A DNA stretch of 62,829 bases, the filler included, from Octopus bimaculoides (Eukaryota), in assembly GCF_001194135.2 (NCBI RefSeq). It is 5 parts of 5 records of this genome, joined end to end, with 100 filler letters (N's around TTAATTAATTAA, not from the genome) between each part and the next. Parts side by side here need not be neighbours in the genome. Positions count along the whole stretch, not along the records: positions 27,061 to 55,604 come from NC_068996.1; 4 more parts are not named here. One strand, 5' to 3'. The notes under the pieces were generated by a model that was not told where the DNA came from, made no database searches, and was given only the letters and a program-made list of their open reading frames with translations. Shown here in pieces: positions 36,577 through 50,476 of this stretch. How positions within the stretch are numbered: the first letter of the stretch is position 1; each line of letters starts with the position of its first letter. The translations under genes and the position numbers were made by a program.

Positions 36577-38080
36577 ATACACATGCATAAACTAAGAATA
36601 TGCAAAAGAAACTAATAAATTATAGTAACTAATGAATTTATATACAATTATAAATATTTAGCGGTGAAAAAAGTATTCATGCAGAATACATTTATGAGTT
36701 TCTATGCCACAAAATACTGTTAAAATTTTTTTTTTTTTTATAGAACTTTCTCGTTTGTTCCAATAATCTTATCAGTGGTCAGTTTTAAGTGTCAAAACGC
36801 TAGCCTCTTCATTCGACACTGAGACAACATAAAGTAGTGTCGTAATAATGGCGAAAAGTAAAGAACTCACAAATTCAGTGAAAAACTTAATTATTGAACA
36901 GTGGAAAGCAGGTAAAAGTTATAGGAAAATATCAGAGACCCTTTGTATTCCATTTTCTACCATATCTTCATTTATTCAACGATATAAAAAATCGGGAATT
37001 CTTGAAAACAGAATAAGATCCGGTGCACTATGCAAGATCTCCCCTAGATCTTTAAGAAAAATGAAGTGAAGTATCGAAAAAAAACGCAATGGTCACCAGA
37101 AAGGAGTTGCAAGAAGATTTATTAGCTTCAGGGACTAGTGTTACGCTATGAACAATCAGCAATGAACTTCATAGGAATGAACTGAAGTCATGCTCTCCTA
37201 AAAAAACTCCACTGTTGACTAAAAGGCATGGAGATGCCCGTTTAAAATTTGTTCATGAACATAAATATAAATCTGATACATTCTGGGAAAATGTTCTTTG
37301 GACAGACGAGTCGAAAATTGAATTGTTTGGACGAAATTCGCGTAGCCATGTTTGGAGGAAAGATGGTACCACCTATTCGCCGAACACCACAATTCCTACT
37401 GTAAAGTTTGGAGGTGGCAACATCATTGTGTAGGGGTGTTTCTCTGCAAATGGCACTGGCAATTTACATGTGAAAGATGGTAGAATGAATGCAGAGATGT
37501 ACCAAAATATTTTGAACAATAATTTATAGGACTCTGTAGAAAAGCTCCAGCTTTGTGAAGGGTGGGTTTTACAACAGGATAACGACCCTAAGCACACGGC
37601 GAAGTCTACCAAAAATGGATTGTCAATCACAATATAAGATTATTAGAATGACCAAGCCAGTCACCTGACTTGAACCCCAATGAAAATTTGTGGCGTTATT
37701 TGAAAATTAAAACTCATTCAAGAGCCGCAATGTGCATTCCAGATTTGATGAAAATTTGTCAAGAAGAATGGGAAAAAATTCCTAAAGAAATATGCGAGTT
37801 ATTGATTAAGAGCTACAAGAAGATATGGGTTGAAGTGGAACTGAATAATGGTTGTTCCACGAAGTATTAAGTCAGAATTATCAGTTATTTATGTTCTGTA
37901 CGAATACTTTTTTCACCCCTAAATATTTTTATTTGTATATAAATTCATTAGTTACTATAACTTATTAGTTTCTTTTGCATATTCTTAGTTTATGTATGTG
38001 TATGCAAATATAGTATTGGTATATCCCATTTATGTTCATAAATGAAGAATTTTGACACGAATATTTATTCTCCACCACTG
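36577..38080 (+). mobile_element. Tc1-family DNA transposon with long TIRs and a disrupted DD34E-type transposase (36848-37870)
   Basis: [20 protein letters not shown] and SPDLNPNENLW motifs plus an N-terminal HTH. An inverted repeat of >110 bp is shared between about 36577-36692 and about 37895-38010. The right end is CCACCACTG followed by TA, and the left outer TIR is truncated. Confidence 0.92.
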
Positions 38081-38149
38081 TAGATATGTATCGTCTACAG
38101 AATTCGTATTTTTTCCGTCCAAATGATTTTGAAGACAGCGGAATAAATG

Positions 38150-39154
38150 ATAACCATTATCTGGTGAATGTGGTGGGTTGGGCATTGTTTCTCATTCAAA
38201 CTGCTCCAGCCTTTGGAATGTCCTCCTCGCTGTATGCGACCGTGCATTATCCTGATGGAAGAACACTTTCCGTCTTGAAACGAAAGATGGTCGTTTTTCT
38301 TCTAGCGTTGAGTTAAGCCGCTCAAGCTGCTCGGAGTAGATCTCCTCTGTCATCGTCTGGTTTGAGTTTAAAAATTCCAATCGGACTAAACCCTTCATAT
38401 CCCACAAACAGTTAACAACACGTTACGTGTGTGAAGACCTTCTTTAGCCTGGGGTGCCGGTGTTTCTCCTTTTCCTGCCCACTGTCTTCGGCGCTTGACA
38501 TTTTTACAGAGAACCCCTTTCTCGTCGCCAGTTACACTTCGATCCAAAAAAGGTTCATTCGTGAGACGTGTCGGCAAAGAAGAGCACACAGTCAATCACT
38601 TTGTGCGATTAGACTCGGAAAGTTTGTGAGGAACCCAATGACCCAATTTGCTGAGTTTTCCGCTGACATACAGATGTCGATGAACGGTTAAATGACAAAA
38701 TCCAAGCTTCTCCGTTAGTTCCTTAACAGTTACAATGGGATTTTATACCACCAGAGTTTGCAGGATGTCCTCTTCGAGCTTTACAGATCTTCCAGGATGA
38801 GACTCGTCTTCTAGGTTGTAGTTTCCGGATCAGAATTTCTTGAACTACCGCTGATACTGGCTTACGATTAGTGTCCGATCCCCATATACTGTATTTAATA
38901 TTCCTCGCATTTTCCGTTGCGTTGAACTCATAAAGCAAAATATGCCGAATATGCTCCTTCGTAAATTCTATTATAGCTTTTGAAAAAAATAACTTAAAAT
39001 CGAACTGCACTCATCAAAACTTGCACTAAGAATAAAAACAAGGTAAAATCACTACCTGCTTTTATAGCAAGTTGATACAGATAGTTCATTCCTTCCCTCA
39101 CCTATTTTTAGTTCATGCAATTGAAAATACCGCATTTTTTATGGGATCACCCAA
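38150..39154 (-). mobile_element. Mariner (DD34D-type) transposon relic, 3'-truncated
   Basis: TIR-like TTGGGTGATCCCATAAAAAATGCGG next to TA. Protein fragments are KEHIRHILLYEF, FLDRSVTGDEKGV, FHQDNARSHTARRT and PNPPHSPD. Confidence 0.88.
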
Positions 39155-39889
39155 TATATATATATATATATATATATAATAGTTATCGCCAAGCCAACAT
39201 GGCAGTCCCAAAATTAGGACGAAAGCTGCCGTGAATTAGCTCCAAGAAGCCATCGCCTCTAGCTAGCTATGTGACACACGAAACCTGTGTCCTTTATAAC
39301 CTTCGAACAGGGGAGGTCAGCAGCTCCCCCTTGCTGGTTTGGCATCTGCAGACTAGTTTCAGGGTGTTGCCCCTTGTCAATGCAGAGCAGCCAAAGGGTA
39401 TTAACAATCTGTATCNNNNNNNNNNNNNNNNNNNNNNNNNNNNNNNNNNNNNNNNNNNNNNNNNNNNNNNNNNNNNNNNNNNNNNNNNNNNNNNNNNNNN
39501 NNNNNNNNNNNNNNNNNNNNNNNNNNNNNNNNNNNNNNNNNNNNNNNNNNNNNNNNNNNNNNNNNNNNNNNNNNNNNNNNNNNNNNNNNNNNNNNNTTTA
39601 TCAATAGAGGCCGCGGGAAAGATTCAAAATCATGCTTAATCGAAATCCTAGAAAGTTCATAGAACATACAAAGTTATAGTTCTGCTAGATACTGCACACA
39701 CGCACACACGCATAAACACACGCACGCACACACACACACACACACACACACGCACTGACACCCACACCCACACCCACCCGCACACACACACACACACACG
39801 CATACACACACACACGCACACACACACACACACGCACACACATCTTTAGTCACTCATCTTCACAAAAAGTAGTACTCCATCAGTTACGA

Positions 39890-40210
39890 CGACGATACGT
39901 GGCTTAATAGTTAAGGAATTCGGCTCACGATCGTAACGTCGTGAGTTCAATTCCTGGCGACGCGTTCTGTCTTTGAGTAAGACTCATTATTTCACGTTGC
40001 TCCAGTCCACTCAGCTGGCAAAAATTAGTAGTATCTGTATTTCAAAAGGCCAGTCTTGTCACACTCTGTGTCACGCTGAATCTCCCTGAGAACTACGTTA
40101 AGAGTACACGTGTTTGTGGAGTGCCTAACCACTTGCTCGTTAATTTCACGAGCAAGTTGTTTCGTTGATCGTATCAGCTGGGACCTTCGTCGTCGTAATC
40201 GACAGAGTGC
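39890..40210 (+). mobile_element. SINE family C (internally deleted or diverged)
   Basis: Shares the CTTGTCACACTCTGTGTCACGCTGAATCTCCC...TTAATTTCACGAGCA block with 3905-4290. Confidence 0.75.
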
Positions 40211-40379
40211 TCCTATATATTAGGTACACGACACAAAGAATTAAAACTATACATAGCATATAGAAACCAACTTTACTGTGAACTGCACACATTATGTAGA
40301 ATGCCTCAACTCATCTACATTTACACAACATACAGAAAAATTAGCACCAGTAGGAAATGCATAGATCCAGAGTACACAG

Positions 40380-40520
40380 TCCGAGGAATGAAAATATATA
40401 CAGCTTACTTATATATCCGGTCGGTTTGTCTGTATTTCCCGATCATTCTGAGCGCTGAAGTTCCAAAGGACGGTAATTTCACCGATCTGGACAACCACTC
40501 TTAACACGAATTCTCTCGAC
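40380..40520 (-). mobile_element. R4/Dong RLE fragment
   Basis: The minus frame VVVQIGEITVLWNFSAQNDREIQTNRPDI matches the ILWDF.IQTDR.I.ANRPDI pattern. Confidence 0.65.
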
Positions 40521-40629
40521 TTCAGTACACTTCGCTACAGCGAAGGAATTGCAAATATATAGAGTGGATACTAAATGAATTGGGAAAATTGAGAAAAATC
40601 TGGACAGATATAGGTTATTTCTTTTCTAG

Positions 40630-41005
40630 CCAGGTTCGCATCAGTTTCTTCAAATGATTAAGGCAAGTGTAGAGATGGAGGTGCTACCTTCTGCATGTTA
40701 ATCGAAAGTTTGATGAGAATGGAAAAAGTGGTGTGGATGAATGGGCCTGCTCTGAGTAAGCTTTTCTCAGTAGAAGGAAAAAAACTGGAAGAGGGCACTT
40801 CTGATGCCTTAGAAACAACAGGGACTTTTGTGTAGTTTTCTTCTAGGTGGACTGCAATATATTTATTGATTTATTTAAAATTTTATTTTCATATGTTATA
40901 TTCTCATTCTTCTTCCCTCCCTTGATCGCTGTACAACCCATCTTGTTTTGTGTTGTATTTTGTTTTAATGGTCTCAATGTCTTGACACCTTGTGGACAAT
41001 AAAAT
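40630..41005 (+). mobile_element. Tx1-clade LINE 3' end (diverged)
   Basis: ASVEMEVLPSA resembles LSVEREVLSSS of the 54325 copy. It ends CCTTGTGGACAATAAA followed by an ATC-like tract. Confidence 0.55.
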
Positions 41006-41439
41006 CCTCAACTCCATCAGCATCATCACTATCATTTGTTTCATTTAGGAATTTACTGAGCGGAAGCAATGCTAAACAGAATAACAAAGAAGAGTCTCCT
41101 TGAAAGATTCCACCATTAATATTGATTGAGTTTCTTCTTGTAGTAACCGTGTTGAGAATTAATATAATTTTTCAGAGCTTCATATCACGATAAAAAATTC
41201 CTAATCATTAGTGTGAAATTTTGAATGTCACTTGGTATTCTTCTATCCAGCTGTGAGAAAGACAAGCAGGGCTTTTTTGTAGTCAATCGGGTGCCACTGA
41301 AAAATGACATGCTTCTCAAAGGCTGGAATCAATAGAGCCACTCCATTGAGATAATTATCAATTATCCTTTTGCTACACAATCCTGACAACTGATCAAGAC
41401 CTCTCCATCCACTTTTTCGGACCAAAACAACCTATTGGT

Positions 41440-42200
41440 GTCACTGTTGGGATGAAATGCTCCGTGCACTGCCAATAGTTTCTATGTCTTCGTATCCATA
41501 CCGAAGTAATGCTATTGCCCATGTATCAACTGCTTGAATTTTATCCCATCCAGTCAATTTTGAGCGCAACACCAATCTTAATCTTTGCTGTTCTTTCATT
41601 TCATTCTCCCTGATTTCATTGAACTCTAGTATGTCAAGGTACTTATAACCCTCATTTTCAAATTGTTTCCTCACTTTTCTATTTAGTAATTCTATCCCTG
41701 CCAGAGACTTACCTTGCCTCTTTTCATATTCATTATACCACACTTCTTCAGTCCGAATTCCATCTTAATATCAGCGCTAAAACAGTGGACCGTGTTCACT
41801 AAGGTCCCCACTTGTACTTCTTCCTTGTCATACAACTTCAAATCATCCATGAAAACGAGGTGGTTGATTTTTTTTAGTTATTCCATTTAACTGACATCCC
41901 AAGTTCCCTTTCCTCAGAAAAAGGTCAGAGGGATCATTCAAAATACAAAAAAGTAATCGAAATAGGCTATCTCCTTGGAAAATCCATCTTCTGACGCCCA
42001 GAATGTCCAAGCTATGCTCGTACGATGTCAACACAGTTTTCCAACCAACCATAGAAAACATGTTACATTCATTGCAATTCCAAACACTCAATAGTCCGTG
42101 ATGTGGAATCATATCGTAAGCTTTGCGGTAGTCAGTCCAGGCCATTCCCAAATTTGTCTTCTTTTGCTTACAATGATGCATTATCATTTTGTCTATCAAT
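41440..42200 (-). mobile_element. R4/Dong-clade RT fragment
   Basis: [31 protein letters not shown]-type and KYLDILE...NKIQA-type motifs, with frameshifts. Confidence 0.8.
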
Positions 42201-42304
42201 AATTGGTCTCTGGTCCCTCTGTATCTCCTCCTACAACCTTTTCATTCCATTGGTAATATGTCATTATCATCAAGAAATTTGTACATTTCTTCTACAATTC
42301 CACC

Positions 42305-42625
42305 TTACAGGTGGGGTCCGGTTCAGTCTGGCCATGCAGCTAGACAAAAGTTGGTACGAGGGTGACTACTCTCATTCAGAAATGGGTGGAGTGGAAGCTA
42401 TCACTGAAAAGTCGAGCAGAGGTGGCTAACGCGTGCATCGCATCCGACATCTACTACCGCTGGACCGTCATGCCAGGTCTCCGTCTGATTGTATTGGAGA
42501 GTATACTCTTTTGCTTCTTGTGAAAGGGACATCTTCCGATGGTCAGACAGTCCATCTACTGTTAACATCCGCTGTGTGGTGGACTGGCATGACATGGCTG
42601 ATGATGCGCAAACATGCCTTAAGGT
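42305..42625 (+). mobile_element. Tx1-clade ORF2 post-RT fragment
   Basis: KLSLKSRAEVANACIASDIYYRWTV...LF.FL.KGHLPMVRQSI...HPLCGGL..WLMMRKHALR. Confidence 0.7.
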
Positions 42626-42999
42626 TTTTGTTATATAATAACACGGCAAACAATATTTCCAGAATGTTCAACTCTAATATGTATCCCACATCAATACAAC
42701 AATAACAGTAAATACGTACTGGATTGTAATACTGGAATAAGCAGATGTGCTTCAAGAGGACACAGTTTGGATATTCCCCATCAATAAGTACACATATATT
42801 CATAGATGTGTACTCATATACTTATATATTTATATATATAAGTACAATATATATGTATATTAATGAATAAATATAAGATACGTGAAGTACAGGACATCAC
42901 CAACGAGTGAAAATTACGTAGACTCACGAGTGATAAGTGCAGGACAAATTACCAAAATTCAATTATATATATTATGTATGTAAGTATATATATAGATAT

Positions 43000-43039
<40 letters not shown>

Positions 43040-43133
43040 GCACCCGCGCACACACACAGAGACACATATATAGATAGAGATACATACACATATGCACATA
43101 GATAAACACAGAGAAAGAATGTGTATGTGAGTG

Positions 43134-43168
<35 letters not shown>

Positions 43169-43178
43169 AATCAGTGAA

Positions 43179-43220
<42 letters not shown>

Positions 43221-44864
43221 CAACAAAAAAGTATTCCATCTGGTGAAAGATAAATATTATTTATTTAAAGGTCATAATACATGTATCAAAGCGCTACGAA
43301 TAATTTTATAATGTTGAGAAAACTCAAAAATTGAATAATAGAGAGAACGCGAAATAACTGCTTATTAATTCAATTTTTTTTTTAGTTCGTTACATGTAGT
43401 TTGCACTTGAAGAATATGTTTGAGTTTTCTCAACATATGAAATTATTCGTAGTGTTTAAATACATGAAATTATGACCTTTAAATAAATAATACACACACA
43501 CACACACAGACACATATACACACAACGTAGAGAAAGTAAGACACTGCTATTCCTCATTAATTTCTTCCCAAAGAGACTGGTACTGGTCTGCGCTGACAAG
43601 TCTGATATTATTTAGTAAAATCACAAAAAGAGTTCAGAAAACATGTTGTAGTGAGTGGAAAATGCAACTTCGAAGTCAAGTACATATGAATATGAAAAAT
43701 AAGCTAAGTGAAATAATACAGAGTGACTCGTCGTAAGCATTTGAACAACAACGACGAGTGAAGATGTGTTAAATACTATACAAAATAAATTCTTGATTTA
43801 TTAAAGTTATCTCCGCTTCCAGAGATTGTAGAACGATTTCTGAGATGAATTCCAATTGAGAAAGGGACCTCAGATATCTTCAAACTTGCCATACCAATAC
43901 CAGTAAAGGAAAGATAGTTTGATTTGATTTTCTGGGGAGGCGATGACAATGTAAACACGTGTTTCTGTTTCAGTTGCATAGTTATTTTCCTACCTTGTCT
44001 CCATTAGGCGAAATACATGAACACGTACAAAAATATTAGAACAAATTTATGGCTAAAATCAATAATTAAGGTGTCTCCAAAATTGAGATGACATTAAAGA
44101 AAGACCAACCTGATTGTCTGGAGACAACTGTACAGCTATGACAAAAGTCAAAGTTGAATGGTTTAGTCAAGTGAAAATGAATTGACCCAGCGACGGACTA
44201 GCGTCATGTTTAAGAGGACGTGGGTTCGTGATGACCTATGATCTCTGACCTCTGACCTACATAATTAGTTCAGATGTGGGGGTCAAAGAACAACAGCTAT
44301 TAATATTTCTACTGCGTAAGTTAAGCGAAAGATATCTAGCAAATATCATAGTCTTATCATTATCGTGAAAAATATATTTCCAACCCTCTTGCCAATAACT
44401 TGCCAATGCCTTGCCAATAAGTTGCCACTAGTTTGATAATATCTCGCCATCGTCCTGCCGATATTTTCCAAATGTCTAGATAATATCTATTTATGGTTAA
44501 CATGTACACTTGCCAAGACACAGACAGAACAGTTTCAATATCCATTTATCTATATAGATCGAAAAATCTGCTTTAGAATAGCTCAAGTTTCAATATACGT
44601 AACCGTTTTGCAACACGCTAACCGTATCTAAACTGTGGCAAAATAAATTTAATTCTATTATAGTTAGAAGTTTAAACAGTTGAATTCAGCCGCAGTTTGT
44701 AAACTTAGCGGAAAGAGAAATTCTTTAGCTTTTTCTTATAACAAGATTTATGGCAATATAAACGTTATTATTATTTCTCATATGTCATTTCTACCTTCTG
44801 ATGTTTTATTGATATACACGTAATGTTAATTTATGGAGAATGGGGGACATGATTTATTCGTGTA

Positions 44865-45027
44865 TAGGCGCAGGCGTGGCTGTATGTTAAGAAGCCTGTT
44901 TCCCAACCGTAAGTTTCTGGGTTCAGTCCCACTGTGTGACACCTTGGGAAGTGTGTTCTACTATAGCCTCTGGACGACCAAAGCCTCGTGAGTGGATCTG
45001 ATAGACGGAAACTGAAAGAAGCCCGTC

Positions 45028-45061
<34 letters not shown>

Positions 45062-45310
45062 GACGGATTTATATATATATGTGTGTGTGTGTGTGTGTAT
45101 GTATGTATATACATATATGTATGCATATATGTGTGTGTGTCTGTCTGTCTGTCCCTCCCCCACCATCGCTTGACAACCGAGATTGGTGTGATTACGTCCC
45201 TGTAGCGTAGCATTTCGGCCAAAGACAGATGGGGTCGATTTGTTCGACTAAAAACCCTTCAAGGCGGTGCTCCTGCATGGCCGCAGTCAAATGGCTGAAA
45301 CAAGTAAAGA
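44865..45310 (+). mobile_element. SINE family B, full length
   Basis: GGCGCAGGCGTGGCTGTATGTTAAGAAG head, GACGGAAACTGAAAGAAGCCCGTC, a TA/GT tract and the 3' module. Confidence 0.85.
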
Positions 45311-45879
45311 ATACAATTTTGTGACGGAGACTTGTTTACTGTTTAGGATGTTGTGTTCGCGATTATATGGTCGTGGTTTTGATTCCCGACTCGAGCGGTG
45401 ATTTACTTTTTTGTTTTCTTAGCAAAACACTACTGAGCTGATAAGGCAGAGACAAGTGTTCGCGCTGCCACTATATCTTCAAACAAACACATTATCATTT
45501 CTTTAATGGGATATCTGTTTGGAGAATTTTCATATTTCATCACGCGTTGCTCTAATCCACACAACTATAGTTCCGATAACAATTGGGAAGTTAATCCTCC
45601 GACAGACCGGCGTCTCATTCAGGAGGCGGAGCGTTGTGACTTCAGTCACATGCACGCCACGAAAACCGGATTAAGCTTCGGCGTTATGGGTTCTAATGCT
45701 CTTGACTGACCTAAGTCTCAGTCAAAGCTTATTTACTATTTGTGATCAAATATTTTTGATTAAATAAAACTCTACATATTTTTTCAGAAATATAAATTAT
45801 TACCTAATTGACTATTTATGATAAAATGTATTTGTCAATTCTACTTATTTTAGTAAATTGAGGTAAGCGAAGTTAATCA

Positions 45880-46870
45880 TACTGCAATACAACAAAGAAA
45901 TTTCTGAGTCAATTTGAAGTTAAATGGGTGCTCACGCACCGAATTCCATCCATTGGTTTAGTGAAGTTCACTCTGAGATAGCCGCAAATCCTCGGTCTTG
46001 TATTTATCCTTAACCAAGTTTCTTTCTGTAAAACATTGACCAACAAATTCTCGAGATGAATATCAACCACATCAGCGCCACCACTTAACAAAGGCCTTCA
46101 GAAACCATGGGCATTAAATCTTCACTTCTGAAGATAACTAATAGCTCGTTATAACTTGGTGTTGTGCAGTTGAAAATCTCTTTGTCCGTTTGTAGTCCTG
46201 AAATTAGCAAGGTGTGAGTTTACCGATAAGTTAGTATACATGAAGAATCCACTCCAACCTTATCTCAACGCTATGAGATGAAGAAAAAGAAAAATAATTG
46301 GGTTCAATCTTCCATCAATCCAGAAGTTTCAAATAACATAGCTTGGAGTTCCAGAAGTCGATCAAAAAGTATTTCCCTAGAACTTAAAGATATTACGAAT
46401 AAACTCCTCAATATATAGATCAGCTTGTCTTCAATTCATGCATTGCACTCTACAATAAACACACATGCACATAGCCTCCAACCCACACTGGAAGGACCTT
46501 GCTTCTCAAAGGCTGGAACCTGTAGAGCCACCTTCATGTCATCCGATGGTATTACATGTCACAACATGGGCATGACAGCAAATAACTTCAGGGAAAGATA
46601 TACTCTGCACATGCACTACATCCGGTGTATGGACGAAGAATATTCCACTTCCCCATGCAGCTTCACCTAGAGACTACAGGACTATTGAAATGATTTCAAT
46701 ATCAAATGAGATATTCTTGACAGGACAACTCCTCACCCACCTGGATGGAGCTCGTGACTGCCAACTCTGTTTCCGCGAGAGGCTGCACATATTTCATCGA
46801 CCCGTAATGTCTATCAACAAGAAGGATGAACTTATCTTATTGTTGGCCCTATAAATAGGTACTGTTAATG
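45880..46870 (+). mobile_element. Penelope-like element relic (RT C-terminus plus GIY-YIG endonuclease)
   Basis: IIGFNLP (the WFNPP motif), PTLEGPCFSKAGTCRAT...MGMTANNFRERYTLH (GIY-YIG-like) and a later IKWDIL-like motif. It is heavily degenerate. Confidence 0.7.
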
Positions 46871-47589
46871 AACTTCAAGCCTTTGGAAGCTGATTATCCA
46901 TATATACAACCCTAAGCTTAGCTCTCTCACACACAAGGGCATGACTCAATCTCTACTGCCTGTACAGACTACAACCGACCCGTGTTTCTCATGCACAATC
47001 AACTGTAACCCAAGGCTATCAAATTTTGTTATTCCGAAGTAATAACTGCTGTCGCTAATGGGTAAATACACCACTCAGCAATAACTGAGATATTGAGCGG
47101 CGCCAACAAAATAACCTACAATGCATGGTGCCCAAGGTAAGTAAGTGATGTTATATGCTGCCGACATCTGGTCCAAACAAGAGATCTTCAAAATAAAAAA
47201 AAAATACCTGGTGTCATTTCACAGTATTAACACTGAGTGACCTGACTGATAAGAGTCCAAAACACCTTGAAGAATTTCTCTCAAACCTTCCATTCTGTTT
47301 TCTAACATCCTACGCGCCCACAAAACTTAGAGTCATGTGGAACTGAGTCACACTGTTATTACAAATATATATATGCACGTGCGAGTGTACATATACACAC
47401 ACATTTATGTTTTAAGACAAAGATTTTTAAAACATCAAATATTAACTAGAGGACCACTCGATATTGCAAGACGAGTTTGGAATTCATTCTACAAGGGATA
47501 GTTTAATCGTGACTTCAAAGTTTTTCAGGGATTGTCTTCATCAAACTCTTTATTCTATTGCCACAAATTATTGTATGGTATACCGTTTA

Positions 47590-47734
47590 TATATGTGTGT
47601 GTGTGTATTATATGTATATATGTTTGCATGTATGCATGTATGTATGTATGTATGTATGTATGCATGCATGTATGTATGTATGTATGTATATATGTATGTA
47701 TGTATATATGTATGTATGTATGTATGCATGTATG

Positions 47735-47772
<38 letters not shown>

Positions 47773-47773
47773 A

Positions 47774-47844
<71 letters not shown>

Positions 47845-47880
47845 CATATATATATATGGTGGGGTGTATGTATATGTATA
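47590..47880. repeat. (TATG)n/(TG)n compound microsatellite
   Basis: Directly visible. Confidence 0.95.
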
Positions 47881-48779
47881 CGCGTTCGTGTCTATTTAAA
47901 ACAGTGTCTGTTCAGATATTTTAACAACATTAGATATATCTCAGACATTAGTGGCGTCGGTCAGATTTAACATAATATAGCACCATCTGCTCAATAAACA
48001 GTTATATGTTTAAAAAAATTGTTATATATGTATTAATATATATGTATATATGTTTCTTACAACAGTATTTTCTTTCTTTCTCGCAAATACACGTCCATTT
48101 TTTGTTGTTTCTTTTTTTTTTTTTCAAAAAAAAAAAAAGCAGAAAAACAGCTGCAACAATAACAAGAAAGATTCATAAAAATGTATCTGTTGCAAAATAC
48201 CATATTTTATTCATTTATTTATTAACATTGTTTTTACTTTAGCATTTCATTTCATTTCATTTCATTTCTTTTATTTAGCACAAAAATAGAAACAAAAGAC
48301 AAAATATTGTTTTGATACAAACAGTATTTGTGTCCTAAATAAGGAAAAACTGAAGAAAATGAAATAAATATAAAATAAAAAAATAAAGATCACCGCGAGA
48401 TTATTCATATGTTTTTTGTTTTCATTGTTTTGTCTTCTTTTTTTCAATTGTTTTTGGTAAGCTTATTGAGTCATTGTATCTAAATCAAAGTTTAAACACT
48501 AGGCTTATTAATATCAGCAGATCACCAATAATCTATTGAAGTGTTCCTAATGTGTTCGACATATATACATTTACAGACGACGAAATAAGAAGGAGACAAA
48601 AAGACAAAAACTTCAACGCACAAAAAAAAAAAAAAAAAATTTAACCGATCAATAAACAAAAATTGAAAGAACAAGCAGAAAATAAGAACAAGAAAAAGCA
48701 TGGTCGACGAAAAAATTTTATAAGAATAGGAAAATAAGAGAGAGAAAAAACATGTTAAAAAAGGAAAAGTCAAAGAATA

Positions 48780-49234
<455 letters not shown>

Positions 49235-49762
49235 GTGCGTGCGTGAAGATAAAATAAAAAAAGCCTAAAACAACATATGCGACGGATATAAATAAAACAA
49301 AATAAGAACAAAACGAAACAAAACAGAACATATCTTCAATATCTGTTTTATAGTTTTCTAAAACTACTTCCTATCAAAGAGTGTTTGTTAGCTTGATACG
49401 TAGTGCTACCTAGATTTGGTCTTTAGACATATTCTTTTAAAGTTATTTGTCGATGGAATCAGTGTTTATACTCCGAAACTTTCTTATGTTTCCTTTGTTT
49501 TGATTCCTTTGTATTGACCTTTCCAACCCTATTCCTATCCAAAGTTCGTTTCTTTGAAACTTCAGTTTTTTTTTCTTCGGTTTCGATGCTAAAATTGTGC
49601 GATATCGTTCGATGTGATAACGTTATTAAACACTAGTTTATCGCATAGAAATGCCGAATCAAACACCTTATCGATATAGAATAATCGAATAAATCTTTCT
49701 TTCAGATATTCATCGTTTGCCTATGTCCTGTTTCCTTTTCCCCCTCCCATCAAGTAACATAG

Positions 49763-49843
<81 letters not shown>

Positions 49844-50429
49844 NNNNNNNNNNNNNNNNNNNNNNNNNNNNNNNNNNNNNNNNNNNNNNNNNNNNNNNNN
49901 NNNNNNNNNNNNNNNNNNNNNNNNNNNNNNNNNNNNNNNNNNNNNNNNNNNNNNNNNNNNNNNNNNNNNNNNNNNNNNNNNNNNNNNNNNNNNNNNNNNN
50001 NNNNNNNNNNNNNNNNNNNNNNNNNNNNNNNNNNNNNNNNNNNNNNNNNNNNNNNNNNNNNNNNNNNNNNNNNNNNNNNNNNNNNNNNNNNNNNNNNNNN
50101 NNNNNNNNNNNNNNNNNNNNNNNNNNNNNNNNNNNNNNNNNNNNNNNNNNNNNNNNNNNNNNNNNNNNNNNNNNNNNNNNNNNNNNNNNNNNNNNNNNNN
50201 NNNNNNNNNNNNNNNNNNNNNNNNNNNNNNNNNNNNNNNNNNNNNNNNNNNNNNNNNNNNNNNNNNNNNNNNNNNNNNNNNNNNNNNNNNNNNNNNNNNN
50301 NNNNNNNNNNNNNNNNNNNNNNNNNNNNNNNNNNNNNNNNNNNNNNNNNNNNNNNNNNNNNNNNNNNNNNNNNNNNNNNNNNNNNNNNNNNNNNNNNNNN
50401 NNNNNNNNNNNNNNNNNNNNNNNNNNNNN

Positions 50430-50476
<47 letters not shown>

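Noticed and set aside
43776-43979. 67-aa ORF in unique-looking DNA
   Set aside because: It has no recognisable motif and no convincing splice sites, and its length is within chance.
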